A stretch of DNA of 64,000 bases from Promethearchaeota archaeon (GCA_048938105.1 JBHLMN010000004.1:287442-351441); one strand, 5' to 3'. Shown: positions 10,774 to 21,857, numbered from the stretch's first letter. Notes: generated by a model from the letters alone, not told the origin. A program made the numbers and translations.

Positions 10774-12086
10774 TTATCCGAATTTTTAGCCTTTAATTGA
10801 AGCCATTCTCTGTATTCTTGTTGAGTTACATCATAAAAACCTGGCATTTCAAAACTACCTTCTTTGGTGAATTGGAGTTCATTAACTTTAGTTTTTCCAT
10901 CCTTTATATCAATGTAAAAGATACCAACACTTTCCTTATCAATTTCTCCTCTAAGAATAGAATTTTGAATACGTAAAAGAAGATATTCTGAATGAGTAGT
11001 AACCATTACTTGCTTATCATCATTATTAATAAGTTCCACAAAAAAATCAATAATTTTAGTTTGGTAACTAGGATGTAAATGAATTTCAGGTTCTTCAATT
11101 AAAATCAGGCTTCTTTTTTTTGCAAGAAGAGCTTTAACAATTACAAATAATACTTGACGAGTTCCAAATCCCATTGATATAAGCTGAAAGGGTGAACTGC
11201 TATAATCCTGAAGAGTTTCAACTCCACATGAGGGTTCGGTCGCATCAACAGGATAAGGTGTCAAATCATGGATTCCAAATTCCTTTGTCCACTTCCTAAT
11301 TCTTTTTAATGTCTTTGAATGTTCTCTACGGATCATATGAAATAGGGCATTGAAAAGAGTACTACCTTTGTCATTTGTGTGAATTTCCTTCGGTGTTGAT
11401 CCAACGATTTGTGTGAACCATTTCATAGAACCACGTTCCACAGGGATAAATGTAATATTTTTGAAGAAATTAGAGTAAAAGGAGTTTAAATTGATAATTG
11501 ATTCATTAAGAGCCTTAATCACTCTAAATTGATCGAGATGAGATTGAGCTTCATCATGATACTTAATTGATCTGCTAAATCTGAGCCATCTATCTCCATC
11601 AGAAGTACCACCTGCAATGAGTTTAGGATCAATTTTTTTCCGTATTTCTTCAAAGTAAGGATGGTTTTCGGGTAATGTATTCTTGTAAAGGATAAGTCCA
11701 CTTTCAAAAAATTCGTCCATAAGACGAGAATCAATAACTAATTTGTTAGCATTGTTTGGAATCTGAAAATCAGTCCCAATTTTATTAAGATCATATCCGA
11801 GAGTGGTAAATTTTTCATTCAGTTTTTTTGTAAGTTCTTGTTCAATAAATATGTGAATAATATCCTCAACTTTCTTATCAAAGACAACTTCATTAAATTC
11901 ACGAAAATTATAAGGATGATCATACTTTGGATTCTTATGTTCATAACATTGTTTTAGAAATAATAACACTTGTAAAATCGAAGATTTTCCAGAATTATTA
12001 GGCCCTATAAAAATGTTTAGCTTTTTAAGTGAGATTTCAACATCATATAGACTTTTAAACTTTTTAACCTTTAGTTTTGTAAGCAA
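10770..12086 (-). CDS. ABC-type (AAA_15/AAA_21, DUF3696-like) ATPase
   Basis: GPNNSGKS, SMGFGTRQ signature, LIEEPEIHLHP and TTHSEY. Confidence 0.9.
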   Translation of the reverse strand: MLTKLKVKKFKSLYDVEISLKKLNIFIGPNNSGKSSILQVLLFLKQCYEHKNPKYDHPYNFREFNEVVFDKKVEDIIHIFIEQELTKKLNEKFTTLGYDLNKIGTDFQIPNNANKLVIDSRLMDEFFESGLILYKNTLPENHPYFEEIRKKIDPKLIAGGTSDGDRWLRFSRSIKYHDEAQSHLDQFRVIKALNESIINLNSFYSNFFKNITFIPVERGSMKWFTQIVGSTPKEIHTNDKGSTLFNALFHMIRREHSKTLKRIRKWTKEFGIHDLTPYPVDATEPSCGVETLQDYSSSPFQLISMGFGTRQVLFVIVKALLAKKRSLILIEEPEIHLHPSYQTKIIDFFVELINNDDKQVMVTTHSEYLLLRIQNSILRGEIDKESVGIFYIDIKDGKTKVNELQFTKEGSFEMPGFYDVTQQEYREWLQLKAKNSDK

Positions 12087-13060
12087 TGTTATACTTCCGT
12101 GTTTTTTCTTTGAATACTATAAGTTCACTTGGATCAAGTTCTTTTATTTTTTCTTACTTATCTTATAGAAACTCTATCTTTAATGTAAAAAAACATTTCT
12201 GAAAAGTCTCCTTCAGTCTTTAATTCAAATTTAAAAGTTTAATTTCAAGATTAATAAGATTATTAATTATGAAAGAAAGCACTAAAACAAATGCAATGAT
12301 TGACACACCGAAATTAACATAAGCACCCAAATCTTTACCTTAATATCTCGATGATAAATAATTCTCAATTAATTGTTTAATATTCTCTTTTTCTTTTTAG
12401 AGGCAGCCCTCATGGCACACGCTTTAAAGTCCTGATGTTTTTTAATTATGAATGAAGGCCTATTCATATAAAGTAAAGGGAACACTTAACCTTAAACTCC
12501 TGCTTAACAGGCTACGACCCTATTTTTTCAAATATGCTATTTACGCTTCTTGTAAATGCTAATCATAAAAATACTGAATGAGAGTCCTACAAGATTCACC
12601 TCATAACTAGGTATACCAAGGCCAAAAAGACTATTTTATAATTCTAAGCATGAGATAAATGAAAAGAGTTGAAGGAATTATCCACATCATAATTCAACTT
12701 GAAATTAGTCTCAATATCAATCCAGTATGGAAGTTCCAATAAAAATCTTAATCTCAACATCCAATTCACCCACTTTTCCTTATCATGAGTGATGTCTCAA
12801 TTTAAAGCATTCGGATGTAGTTACCTTGAACTTTTAAGGTTAAAAATTTCCGTTTTAATATTTAAACATCACCCAGAAAATAATCATAGAGAACCAATTC
12901 CTGATGTGAAGGATCATGAGAATCAAGCTAGTAGTGTAATTAAGCAAATTAATAAGGTTATAATTTAATTTTAAACATCCAATCCCCAGACTTTAATATA
13001 TTTATTTCCTTCTACTCATGTGTAGCATTAGTTCACCTGTGTCTAATGTTCATTAATTCA

Positions 13061-15502
13061 TTAAAAAGGTACTGGATACAAATTGCTTCTTCTTCCGATG
13101 GAGAATAATTCTAAAGATGAAGTTAATATTAAATCAAAAACCTCTTGAAATGTCGAAATGTCTGAAATAGCTAAAAAAGCTGGATTAGGATGTTGTAGAT
13201 AATTCCTACACAAACTAGAAATAGTGAACAATCGTGGACTTTCTTCTAAGATAGTATTTTGAAAACGATTCTTAAATTGAGTATCAGAACTGAAATCATT
13301 TCTTAATAACATTGTTAACTTTCGATTAGAGTCTTCTAAAGATTGTTGACTTGAGTAACTGCTATAATTCCTGAAAATAAACACAAATTTTTCAAACCAG
13401 TCAAATTCAACTAAAATTCCGATAAATTTTTCATTATATATCTGTTTAAAATGTAAAGTAGGAAAATTCTGAAGATCTCTTCTAGAACATCTTGCTAACA
13501 GAATATTTCCTATTGTTGCATTCCGAGAGCAAATAATAGTTTTGTATGGATCCTCCATTCTATCTGTGGATTTCTTAGTAAGTAGTTCAAATAACTCGAA
13601 AGATTGTTTAAGTTCTTCACTTCTTTCTCCTTCAGAAGTTTGATTAAGATCACTTAAACGGAAGTTAATAGCTGAGATAAGTCGTTCTATGTGAAATTCT
13701 CCTGTTCTCATAATGAATCTTAAAAATTTAATCAGCTCGGTAGTCTCAAGTCGTTTTCCATAATTTGAATTGCGTAAACTTTCTAGATATCGTAAATGAG
13801 TTAACGCACGCATGTTTTCCTCTTGTCTATAAAAGTCGTCAAGTGAAGGAGAATAATTCACATGAATATCAGATAATTTCTCATAGATATGCCCAGTAAT
13901 CTCATCTAATTCATAAATATTTGATAAAATTGTCGGGTCTTCTCTTTTCAAAATGAAATAGCCAATAATAGCCTTTAGTGCGTTAATTTCTACTGGAATG
14001 AAGTGAACTTGATCTCTTATGTCTCTATTATCTTCTAAAAAAAGAGAAGATCCTCTTGATCCAGGGGTATAATCCTGAATCACATTTCCTATGAGGAATA
14101 TTATTCCAAAATCAATAATATCATTTCTTAAAGCTGATATTATAGGTAAAATGGTTTGAATACCTATTCTAGACCTTCCATTATTTATTTTTATTTGAAT
14201 TTCAGAAACGAAATTTGAATTATTGAGAGTACATGAAAAAGAAGGCTCAATCATCTTTCTGGGTTGTCTAACGGAACATACAAAAAAACTAGCAAAGTTT
14301 TCATTAGAGATTCGATCATTATACGCCATTATTAGGTCTTTAAGATACTCCCAGAACATCATTTTGATTGTCTCAATATTCGAATTATGAATGATTTCCT
14401 CTCCTATATTCACAACTTGATCGGGAAATGGCAATGATTCGAAAATCCTTGAGTCTATAATCTGTTTTTCTATAAATGCAACTAAATTTCTGATAAAATA
14501 ACCTGTATTTCTATTGGTCTCATCATAAATTCTCTCAATTCCCCCATTTTCAATATCAAAACGTGTTGTTTCCGTCTCTCTATAGAAATTGATTATTTTT
14601 TCTCCAATCATATTTGCTTCGTCAAAATTCTTCAGGCCAAATAACTCAATTGATAAAAGTCTTCTAGACAATCCTATACTTACTGAATAAGGTTCCTGTA
14701 CTAATTCTTCCCAACTAGCAGATGTACATCCAAGTAAAATAAACATGGAAGTAATTAATTCACTATTGATAAAGTTTACAAGGAAATGTTTGAAGTTGTG
14801 ATTTTCTTTTTTATTCATTTTTGAGATAATAGCTAATTCATCTAATATTATTACTAAACTCTTATCCAAAACTTTTTTACAAAGTATAGCTAATATAAAT
14901 AAAGTCTGAATTATATCTTCATCTCTTAAATTTCTTGATATTCGATTTTTCCCAATTTTTACCTTATTTATCTCCCTTAATCCGATTCTACTTGTTAACC
15001 ACTTCCATATTATTGGTTCATCACTTGTTTGTAATCTTGCAATCGAAATTGAGAACATAGGAGCATTTGTAATTTCTAAAAGTTTATAATACAAATCTAT
15101 ATCATTATTAAGGTTAAAAATATCGAGAGCTTTTCTTTTTAGGTGATAGAAGAATGCTAATCCCATCTTGCGACAAATTTCATTAAAATTTTCTATGAGA
15201 GTACTTTTTGCATCAATATTTACTAGAATAAAAGGTAGATTTTCTTTTCTTACATGGGATTCTACTATCTTAAACAAATGAGTTTTACCATAACCTCTTT
15301 GCCCAACCACTGCAATTAATCTTTTTGAGTTAAAACGATTTGCTTCAGTCATTTCATGAGTCAGTCTATAAAATGATGTCTTAAAACTTTCAGTCTCGAT
15401 TTGAAATGGTTCCAGATTTTCAGGAGGAATACCCTGTCTTAAAGCTTGCTTTGCCCTAATAACCTGATCTTGTTCCATAACAACACCCCCATTCCGATTC
15501 AA
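13061..15502 (-). CDS. P-loop ATPase, BrxD/DUF2791-like N-terminal domain with long C-terminal extension
   Basis: ALRQGIPP N-terminus, GQRGYGKTH, LVIILDE and SRRL arginine finger. Confidence 0.7.
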   Translation of the reverse strand: MNRNGGVVMEQDQVIRAKQALRQGIPPENLEPFQIETESFKTSFYRLTHEMTEANRFNSKRLIAVVGQRGYGKTHLFKIVESHVRKENLPFILVNIDAKSTLIENFNEICRKMGLAFFYHLKRKALDIFNLNNDIDLYYKLLEITNAPMFSISIARLQTSDEPIIWKWLTSRIGLREINKVKIGKNRISRNLRDEDIIQTLFILAILCKKVLDKSLVIILDELAIISKMNKKENHNFKHFLVNFINSELITSMFILLGCTSASWEELVQEPYSVSIGLSRRLLSIELFGLKNFDEANMIGEKIINFYRETETTRFDIENGGIERIYDETNRNTGYFIRNLVAFIEKQIIDSRIFESLPFPDQVVNIGEEIIHNSNIETIKMMFWEYLKDLIMAYNDRISNENFASFFVCSVRQPRKMIEPSFSCTLNNSNFVSEIQIKINNGRSRIGIQTILPIISALRNDIIDFGIIFLIGNVIQDYTPGSRGSSLFLEDNRDIRDQVHFIPVEINALKAIIGYFILKREDPTILSNIYELDEITGHIYEKLSDIHVNYSPSLDDFYRQEENMRALTHLRYLESLRNSNYGKRLETTELIKFLRFIMRTGEFHIERLISAINFRLSDLNQTSEGERSEELKQSFELFELLTKKSTDRMEDPYKTIICSRNATIGNILLARCSRRDLQNFPTLHFKQIYNEKFIGILVEFDWFEKFVFIFRNYSSYSSQQSLEDSNRKLTMLLRNDFSSDTQFKNRFQNTILEESPRLFTISSLCRNYLQHPNPAFLAISDISTFQEVFDLILTSSLELFSIGRRSNLYPVPF

Positions 15503-16068
15503 ACCAATTTATCCCGTATAACAATCTTTGAATAATATTCACCTGAAATCTCAAGACCTTCTTTAGTAAATAAAGCTGGTTCTAATGCAACCTCCTTCGA
15601 ATATATCATATGTAGATCCTTTAAAAAAGAATTTACTAATTCTTCATCCAGCCATTGAATTTCTTGGAGAAGTTTCATTTGTATTATCTTAATATTCACC
15701 CTAGAACCAAATTTATAGTTTTGTAACCAAATATTTTGAAGAGATTTTACAAATGCATAAAATGATATATCATTTCTAGGAGATCTTTTACCAAATCTCT
15801 TTATTTTAGTTTTCAAGACAATCCCAGTTCTACCTAAAGTTGATCGATTAATTTCAATAGAACCATTATCCAGTAATCGGTTAGTTATTTCTTTAATTGA
15901 TTTTGTATCTATTTTCATCTTATTTCTAAGATCTTCTACAGTAATCCATGCTTCATTAGGTATAAAATCGATAGGCTCTTTTTTAGGTCCTAGTCCTCTT
16001 TCAATAAGTTTGACAATCCTATTTGCAGCATCTTTTATATCTAAAAGATCGCTATCTGTTAAATTCAT
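15499..16068 (-). CDS. Putative tandem winged-helix DNA-binding protein
   Basis: ITVEDLRNKMKIDTKSIKEITNRLLDNGSIEI is wHTH-like; overlaps the ATPase start by 4 nt. Confidence 0.6.
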   Translation of the reverse strand: MNLTDSDLLDIKDAANRIVKLIERGLGPKKEPIDFIPNEAWITVEDLRNKMKIDTKSIKEITNRLLDNGSIEINRSTLGRTGIVLKTKIKRFGKRSPRNDISFYAFVKSLQNIWLQNYKFGSRVNIKIIQMKLLQEIQWLDEELVNSFLKDLHMIYSKEVALEPALFTKEGLEISGEYYSKIVIRDKLV

Positions 16069-16381
16069 AAGAAAAATCCCTCGAAAGATAATTATTTTTT
16101 AATTAAATAAACTTTAAGTGTTGTAGTTTTTTCTAAATGGATCAATAAAAAATCCTTTGGTAAAGAAAAAGAAATGAAAAATAATGATTAGAAAGTGGAG
16201 AAGTCGTGGTACCTGTCGGTTTGTACGGAGAATCTCAACCTCAATCATATTGGAGGCGAGAGTCTCTTAATGCTTTCTGTCGAATAACTAGGAGCTGTAC
16301 CTTAAATATCCGAAAAAGAGAATTTATTAATAGAAAATTGCAATCTTTAAAATCTAAACATATTATGAGGTAGGAGAATAA

Positions 16382-17902
16382 ATGGTTGAAATGGATATAC
16401 AAATCAAACGAACAGTGACTTTCGCTGATAAATACCACGAAACTTGTAATGATCTAAACTGGTTTAAATACAATCGAAGTACTCAAGGAATTACTCCATA
16501 CTGTTTAAAATGTCGGAATATTGTAATTAAGGATGCTAATGATGCAATTAAGGAATTTCAGAATAAAATATTCAAATCTGAAAATATAATTGCAGATATC
16601 CTGAAATCAAAATCTACTGTTGCTCAAAAAGACAATCTCTTCTTTTGTATTGAAAACTTAATGAAAACTATATTTAATGAAGGACATACTCCATTTGACA
16701 TGTTTAGAAAGATGAAGTGTCTATTCAATTCGAATTTCCTTTATTCCAAGGGAAATGATGATATAATTTCAATATACGAGTTTTCAGATTTTTTCAATGC
16801 CGTCCACCAAATTGAAATTTGTAAGGAAAATATTCGGAATATTGAGAAAGGGTCTATGATAGTAGATACAAAAGGAGAATTTTATTACTCTTATGGATAT
16901 TGTCGTTTAAAGGATAGTTTAGGAGAAATGGGTATAGGAACAGGAAAGGACGTACGAAACAAAAAAGAAGAATTATATTCTAATAGTCTGAATAGTCAAT
17001 TTGAATCTGAGTCGGGAAATGCAACTTCTTTATTGGATCTTTATCTAAATCAAGATCACTACATGCTTGAGTTTTATTCTGCATTCTATTACGCACTCCA
17101 GATGTATAAAGACGAGAGATATTTCTTAAATCTATATTGGGTTAGAGACATTGATCTAAATCCATCGAAACTTAAAGGATGGAGAAGCAACATATTCAAG
17201 GGATATCCCAGTGGTATTTCAACACTACATGTACAAGAATCACTAGAAAACGAATTTGGAGCAGAAATAGCATCAATTATTTTTGAGAATCTTGTATTAT
17301 CAAAAAGTAATACGAAACCATTTCTATATATGGTAGAATTTAAGGAAGATATATTTTTAATGCCAATATGGGCAGCATGGATCGAAGTATTTCTTCAAGC
17401 AGAAAAAGATGGGGATGAGGTTTTTAAGAGGTGGAATGAAAACAAAACTAATAAATTTGAAAAAACCATCGTTCCAGATAAATTCAAGGAAGAAGGATTT
17501 CTAGTTGGGAATGGATTCAAAGTACTTAATCCTGATGGGACAATAAAATACGAATATGACTCTGTTGTTTTGAGTCCCTCTAAAACCCTTTGGATTGTTG
17601 AAGCTAAACATCTAAAATTAAAGCGACGACAAATGGATCGTTTTAATTCTTGGAAGAAAGAATGTGAGAATTATATTGATATGCCGAAGAAAACATTTTC
17701 TTTTCTGGACAAAGTACGTTATATAAAAGAGAATTTAGATTTATTAAGGAGTATTGGTAAGATACCATCTGATTGGAAAATTAATCAAATAAAAGGTGTT
17801 GTTGTGACAAATCTACCACCAATAGAGGAAGTATACAAAGGAATTCCAATTATTTGGTACCGTGAACTAGATATTTTCTGTAATATATCCGATAGTCTAT
17901 AG
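16382..17902 (+). CDS. Protein with C-terminal PD-(D/E)xK (NERD-like) nuclease domain
   Basis: FEK...YEYDSVVL...LWIVEAK; GGAG ribosome-binding site upstream. Confidence 0.7.
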   Translation: MVEMDIQIKRTVTFADKYHETCNDLNWFKYNRSTQGITPYCLKCRNIVIKDANDAIKEFQNKIFKSENIIADILKSKSTVAQKDNLFFCIENLMKTIFNEGHTPFDMFRKMKCLFNSNFLYSKGNDDIISIYEFSDFFNAVHQIEICKENIRNIEKGSMIVDTKGEFYYSYGYCRLKDSLGEMGIGTGKDVRNKKEELYSNSLNSQFESESGNATSLLDLYLNQDHYMLEFYSAFYYALQMYKDERYFLNLYWVRDIDLNPSKLKGWRSNIFKGYPSGISTLHVQESLENEFGAEIASIIFENLVLSKSNTKPFLYMVEFKEDIFLMPIWAAWIEVFLQAEKDGDEVFKRWNENKTNKFEKTIVPDKFKEEGFLVGNGFKVLNPDGTIKYEYDSVVLSPSKTLWIVEAKHLKLKRRQMDRFNSWKKECENYIDMPKKTFSFLDKVRYIKENLDLLRSIGKIPSDWKINQIKGVVVTNLPPIEEVYKGIPIIWYRELDIFCNISDSL

Positions 17903-18249
17903 TACACATAACATCTGGAGAAAACTCACACAACCTAACGCGATGGTATCAAAGATCTCCATGGATTCTGCCAACTAGAATATTCTGAGAAATGTACCTT
18001 AAATATTAAGAAGGCGTCCATTGAAAAGTTATAAATATTCGAAAGAGGCATTATCTAAGCTATTCATGCATCTTCTTACTCCTGTCTGCGGTTTGTCATA
18101 TGACATAGAATGCCTGTTCTGAAAACAGTCGCTATCATTACAAGAATAAATGACGAGTTTCAGGAATGGTTTCTTGAACAGGATCAAGAAGATTAATATG
18201 CCAGTCTTCACATATCATCATAACAAGGCAGATATAGGATAAAGAAACA

Positions 18250-19107
18250 TTGAGACTCAAATTTCAAAAAGTAATTGATAAACAAGTCCTCACTCCACAA
18301 GAAACAAGTCGGTATATGAAAATTGTAGACATTTACATGGAAAAGAGAACTCGGCAACAAAAAATCGGTATATGGGGAGAGCAGATCGCTAAGGACATAT
18401 TAGTGAAAACATTAGTTCTTGATAATTTCTCTAGTGATAGTAGGACTTTTGAAGATAGAATTATTCAAAAACAAAGTGCTATCATTAGAGGACTGCTATT
18501 AGCATATTTAGGTCGATATAATGACATGCTTAAGCATCAGTTTGACCTTAATCTAGACTGGCTAATAGGTAAGCGTACACATATAGAAACAAATTCCAAA
18601 TGGGAAGAAGGATTGTCACAGTTCAAGTATGAAGGAAAACTCCAGAAAATTTTGCCTTTAAGTATGAATTTACCCATGGATTGGATAATAGGAGCCAACA
18701 AAGTTCAACAAATCTTATCAAATGATGAGTATGAGATGTATTGTACAATATTATCTTTATTAAGTCAATTCATCTATTTTGAGAAATTTAAACAGTTTTT
18801 AGACACCGAAGAATTGATCCAGACATTTACTCCTCACGCTGAGACCATTATACATCATAAATTAGATTGTTGGGCGAAAAAACCTGATAATACACTTCCA
18901 ATCTACTGTATTGAAATTAAAAGCAGTGATATCACTTGTGAAAACCATTCTCAACGTGGACCCATTTCCGATAGAATGGGAAAACTACAACGAGAATATA
19001 TAAAGAAGCTAATGAAGTTGAACCAAATACTCAAAGTCCTCATTGCAAAAGTAAATTTCTGTGAGTGTGATCACGTCTTTTACTGGTTGATTGAAGTAGA
19101 ACATTAA
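18250..19107 (+). CDS. PD-(D/E)xK nuclease-fold protein with a large insertion
   Basis: IGIWGEQIA helix near the N-terminus; LDCWAKK...YCIEIKSS near the C-terminus. Confidence 0.6.
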   Translation: MRLKFQKVIDKQVLTPQETSRYMKIVDIYMEKRTRQQKIGIWGEQIAKDILVKTLVLDNFSSDSRTFEDRIIQKQSAIIRGLLLAYLGRYNDMLKHQFDLNLDWLIGKRTHIETNSKWEEGLSQFKYEGKLQKILPLSMNLPMDWIIGANKVQQILSNDEYEMYCTILSLLSQFIYFEKFKQFLDTEELIQTFTPHAETIIHHKLDCWAKKPDNTLPIYCIEIKSSDITCENHSQRGPISDRMGKLQREYIKKLMKLNQILKVLIAKVNFCECDHVFYWLIEVEH

Positions 19108-19178
19108 GAATCCACCAATCATGTTATGAACAAAGTTAATAAATTTATTAGTGGTAGTTAGACATAACAAGCTATGAG

Positions 19179-19213
19179 AAAAAAAGGGGTAGGGAGTGAA
19201 AATTTCACACCCT
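19179..19213 (-). terminator. Hairpin followed by a T-tract downstream of the SMP-like gene
   Basis: AGGGAGTGAAA/TTTCACACCCT inverted repeat with 1 mismatch. The A-run on + reads as a T-tract on -. Confidence 0.5.
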
Positions 19214-19223
19214 AACTGAGAAC

Positions 19224-19346
19224 CTATTTTTTACGTTTGTCTGCTGCCCGCATTGCCCGTGCTTTGAAGTCATGGTTCTTACCTGATTTGTCTGCAGCAC
19301 TTTGGATGCGCCTTGCAGCATCTTTACTCATTTTTCTTTTTGTCAT
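19224..19346 (-). CDS. 40-aa SMP (seed maturation protein/LEA-like) family small protein
   Basis: MTKRKMSKDAARRIQSAADKSGKNHDFKARAMRAADKRKK matches the xAAxRIQSA...FxARAxxAA pattern; AAGGA upstream. Confidence 0.75.
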   Translation of the reverse strand: MTKRKMSKDAARRIQSAADKSGKNHDFKARAMRAADKRKK

Positions 19347-19659
19347 TTCATTCGTTTCCTTGCTTTCTGAAGAAACAAACTCTAGTTATAGATTCACCCT
19401 TTCCTTCGGATAAGCAACCAATCTACTTTCAGAGGATAGTAGGTTTCGGCTACTACTATGTTCTTTTTCTTCAGGGGGATGCGTCTAGAGACTCCATTTA
19501 AGTTTATCTTAGAACTTAGGATTCAACTCAGATTAGAGGACTAATTTTTTTTCAAAACCTTTCACATTTTACGTCAAATCGCTCGACTGAATCTTTTGGC
19601 CACATCAGGTAAAAATTATGATTATGGAGACTGAAAAAGTCTCTTTTCTTGGATTGATA

Positions 19660-20568
19660 TCATTTTTCTTCAGGTAATTTTACAATCGAACCAGGTTTTA
19701 TCTCCTTTAAACCGTGTTTAATTTGCTTATCTTGAAAAAGTAGCTGATATAATACTAAGATTTGAGTAAATATTGTTGTAATCAAAAGCATTTCAAGGAA
19801 AAGGATTAAGGGTGCTTCTCCAAATCTTTCGAAAGTTTTTTGAGCATGATTTACTTTGAGATACTCTTGAATAATATATTTCTGTCCTTTGTATCTTTCG
19901 ACTCCAGTAATTATCAAATGGGAATGAGCAATGCTGTGTCTTAAATATTCAAAGTCTTTTAGATATGCGTTGATAATTTTGATTCCAAAGAATGTATCAA
20001 ACACTACACTGATCTTCTCAAGATAATTATAAGCATTGAGAATATATTGAAATACTTCTTTCTTTGCTATTGCTTTTGTATCGAAAATACTGGTGAAGCT
20101 TCTCATAATCAGGCTAATTGTTTCTTTTAAAGAGAAGATTTCTTGGAGAATCAAACAAGAATAATCTACTTCTAGTTTTTCATCATCATCTAACTCAATA
20201 TATTTCTTCTTATCATATCTAAGATATGAAACAACTCGTTTCATACTTTCCTGATCTACATAAGCGTAAGGAGTTGTAAGGTTAGTAAAGATCAAATTAT
20301 AGGACGGTTTATATTTCGGATGAAATTCTCTTGTGAATTCGTTTATTAAAAAGTCAATCCATTTTCTAGTTCTTGGGTTTCGTGATCCATAGGCAATTAA
20401 TTTGAGTAACTGGCCATAATTCCTATTTTCGAAATTTATTTCTTTAAAATTTAAATTATTGTAATCAAAGATTTTCCTAAATTTACTTTTTGTTTCATGA
20501 ATTTCCTCATCTGTAAAGGTTATGTTGTTAAAAACGATTGAGGGATAATTTAAAGTGTCATTTATCAT
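19660..20568 (-). CDS. Putative HEPN-domain protein
   Basis: Helical protein with LRHSIAHSH (RxxxxH). Confidence 0.55.
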   Translation of the reverse strand: MINDTLNYPSIVFNNITFTDEEIHETKSKFRKIFDYNNLNFKEINFENRNYGQLLKLIAYGSRNPRTRKWIDFLINEFTREFHPKYKPSYNLIFTNLTTPYAYVDQESMKRVVSYLRYDKKKYIELDDDEKLEVDYSCLILQEIFSLKETISLIMRSFTSIFDTKAIAKKEVFQYILNAYNYLEKISVVFDTFFGIKIINAYLKDFEYLRHSIAHSHLIITGVERYKGQKYIIQEYLKVNHAQKTFERFGEAPLILFLEMLLITTIFTQILVLYQLLFQDKQIKHGLKEIKPGSIVKLPEEK

Positions 20569-20906
20569 TTTATTACCAATTGCCTTCCTTTCTTTCGTAA
20601 TGATGAGTAAGTGTATTTACCTTACTCCTCTAAAAGTGAACCTCTAAGAGTAAATTACACCAAATTACCCCAATTTCTATCAGAAGTGATGTAACTCTTA
20701 ACCACCTGAAACAAGATTGAATAGCTTTCTTAGCGAATCCTTCTCTTGATTCAAATATATAATTATTGTTAAAACACGCACTCACTAGTCTATTTGTTGT
20801 ACTCGTTTATAAACTTATAATTTTCGAGAACAAGAGACATCCGAAGTGGGATAGGTTAATAAACTGGTTCGTACTTGATTTCACCCACTCCGCGGAGGCG
20901 AATAAT

Positions 20907-21512
20907 ATGGTGCAGTGGAGAAATTGGAATCGTAAAAAAATTGGTTTGCTATCAGTAGGTGTTATTACTAGTTTTATGGTTGTTCTTGCGGTTGCTATTC
21001 AATCGAATTGGTTTAACATCGCTGATTTAACTGGTACAGTTAAGAAAAATGAGGTATCGATCACTAAAGCACAAATTAGTCTAGGAAATGTTGCGTCCGG
21101 TGCAAGCTTTGAGACAACAGGGACGACATCGATTACCATTCCTGTTGTTGAAAAAGGGGGACAAAATGTATCTAAATTTCTCATGATTCTTCCCGTTACC
21201 TCAATGAGTGATGCAGAAGATTATCTCATTGAACGGTTTGCTTCTCTATCTTTAAATGTCACAATTATAGGTACTACCTACTCTTTAGGGATTGTCATTG
21301 GCGGTGAGCTTCCGACAACGGGAACCCATGATTGGGACTACGAAGATACAGATTTTACTAACGACCTCATTTATTATTCTTACAAAAACTGGGATTCAGG
21401 GATTTTTCTTCCAACAGGTTCCCACGAAATAGATCTGAAGGCTTTTGGGGTAACCTCTGCCCCGAGTACTGATCTCACGATTGATATCACATTCGTATTT
21501 GAGCTAATCTGA
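20907..21512 (+). CDS. Membrane-anchored/secreted beta-rich protein
   Basis: GGAGG ribosome-binding site before ATG 20907; basic then hydrophobic N-terminus, Thr-rich beta strands. The ORF track extends it to 20766. Confidence 0.7.
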   Translation: MVQWRNWNRKKIGLLSVGVITSFMVVLAVAIQSNWFNIADLTGTVKKNEVSITKAQISLGNVASGASFETTGTTSITIPVVEKGGQNVSKFLMILPVTSMSDAEDYLIERFASLSLNVTIIGTTYSLGIVIGGELPTTGTHDWDYEDTDFTNDLIYYSYKNWDSGIFLPTGSHEIDLKAFGVTSAPSTDLTIDITFVFELI

Positions 21513-21857
21513 TAATTCATTCTTTGATGAAGAGTATTGAGGATTTTTCTGGACTCAATGAATCTAATGAAAAAGATGAATTATATATGCAAATATTCAG
21601 CTTATTAGATATAATAAACAAAATTGAAACAAAAAGTGAATCAAAATAAAGGAATAAAGTTGTAGAGAGAGAGATTTGCATATTTCTATGATTACAAGGA
21701 AATAGAGGGTATTAAAATGACAAAAGAATTGATTAAGGAAGATTGATCATAATAATGATTTACCAGCTTTTGTTTTGAAGGAGCGATACGAACAACGTAA
21801 TGTTGGAAGTTTTCTAGACTAATGATTTACTAGAATGAGAAGAAGAAGGAAACTGGA

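Noticed and set aside
12150-13000. Degraded membrane-protein gene(s) on the minus strand
   Set aside because: Only short hydrophobic frames broken by stops; no family could be assigned.
20605-20662. Possible structured ncRNA or hairpin
   Set aside because: Imperfect inverted repeat in AT-rich DNA with no recognisable RNA family features.
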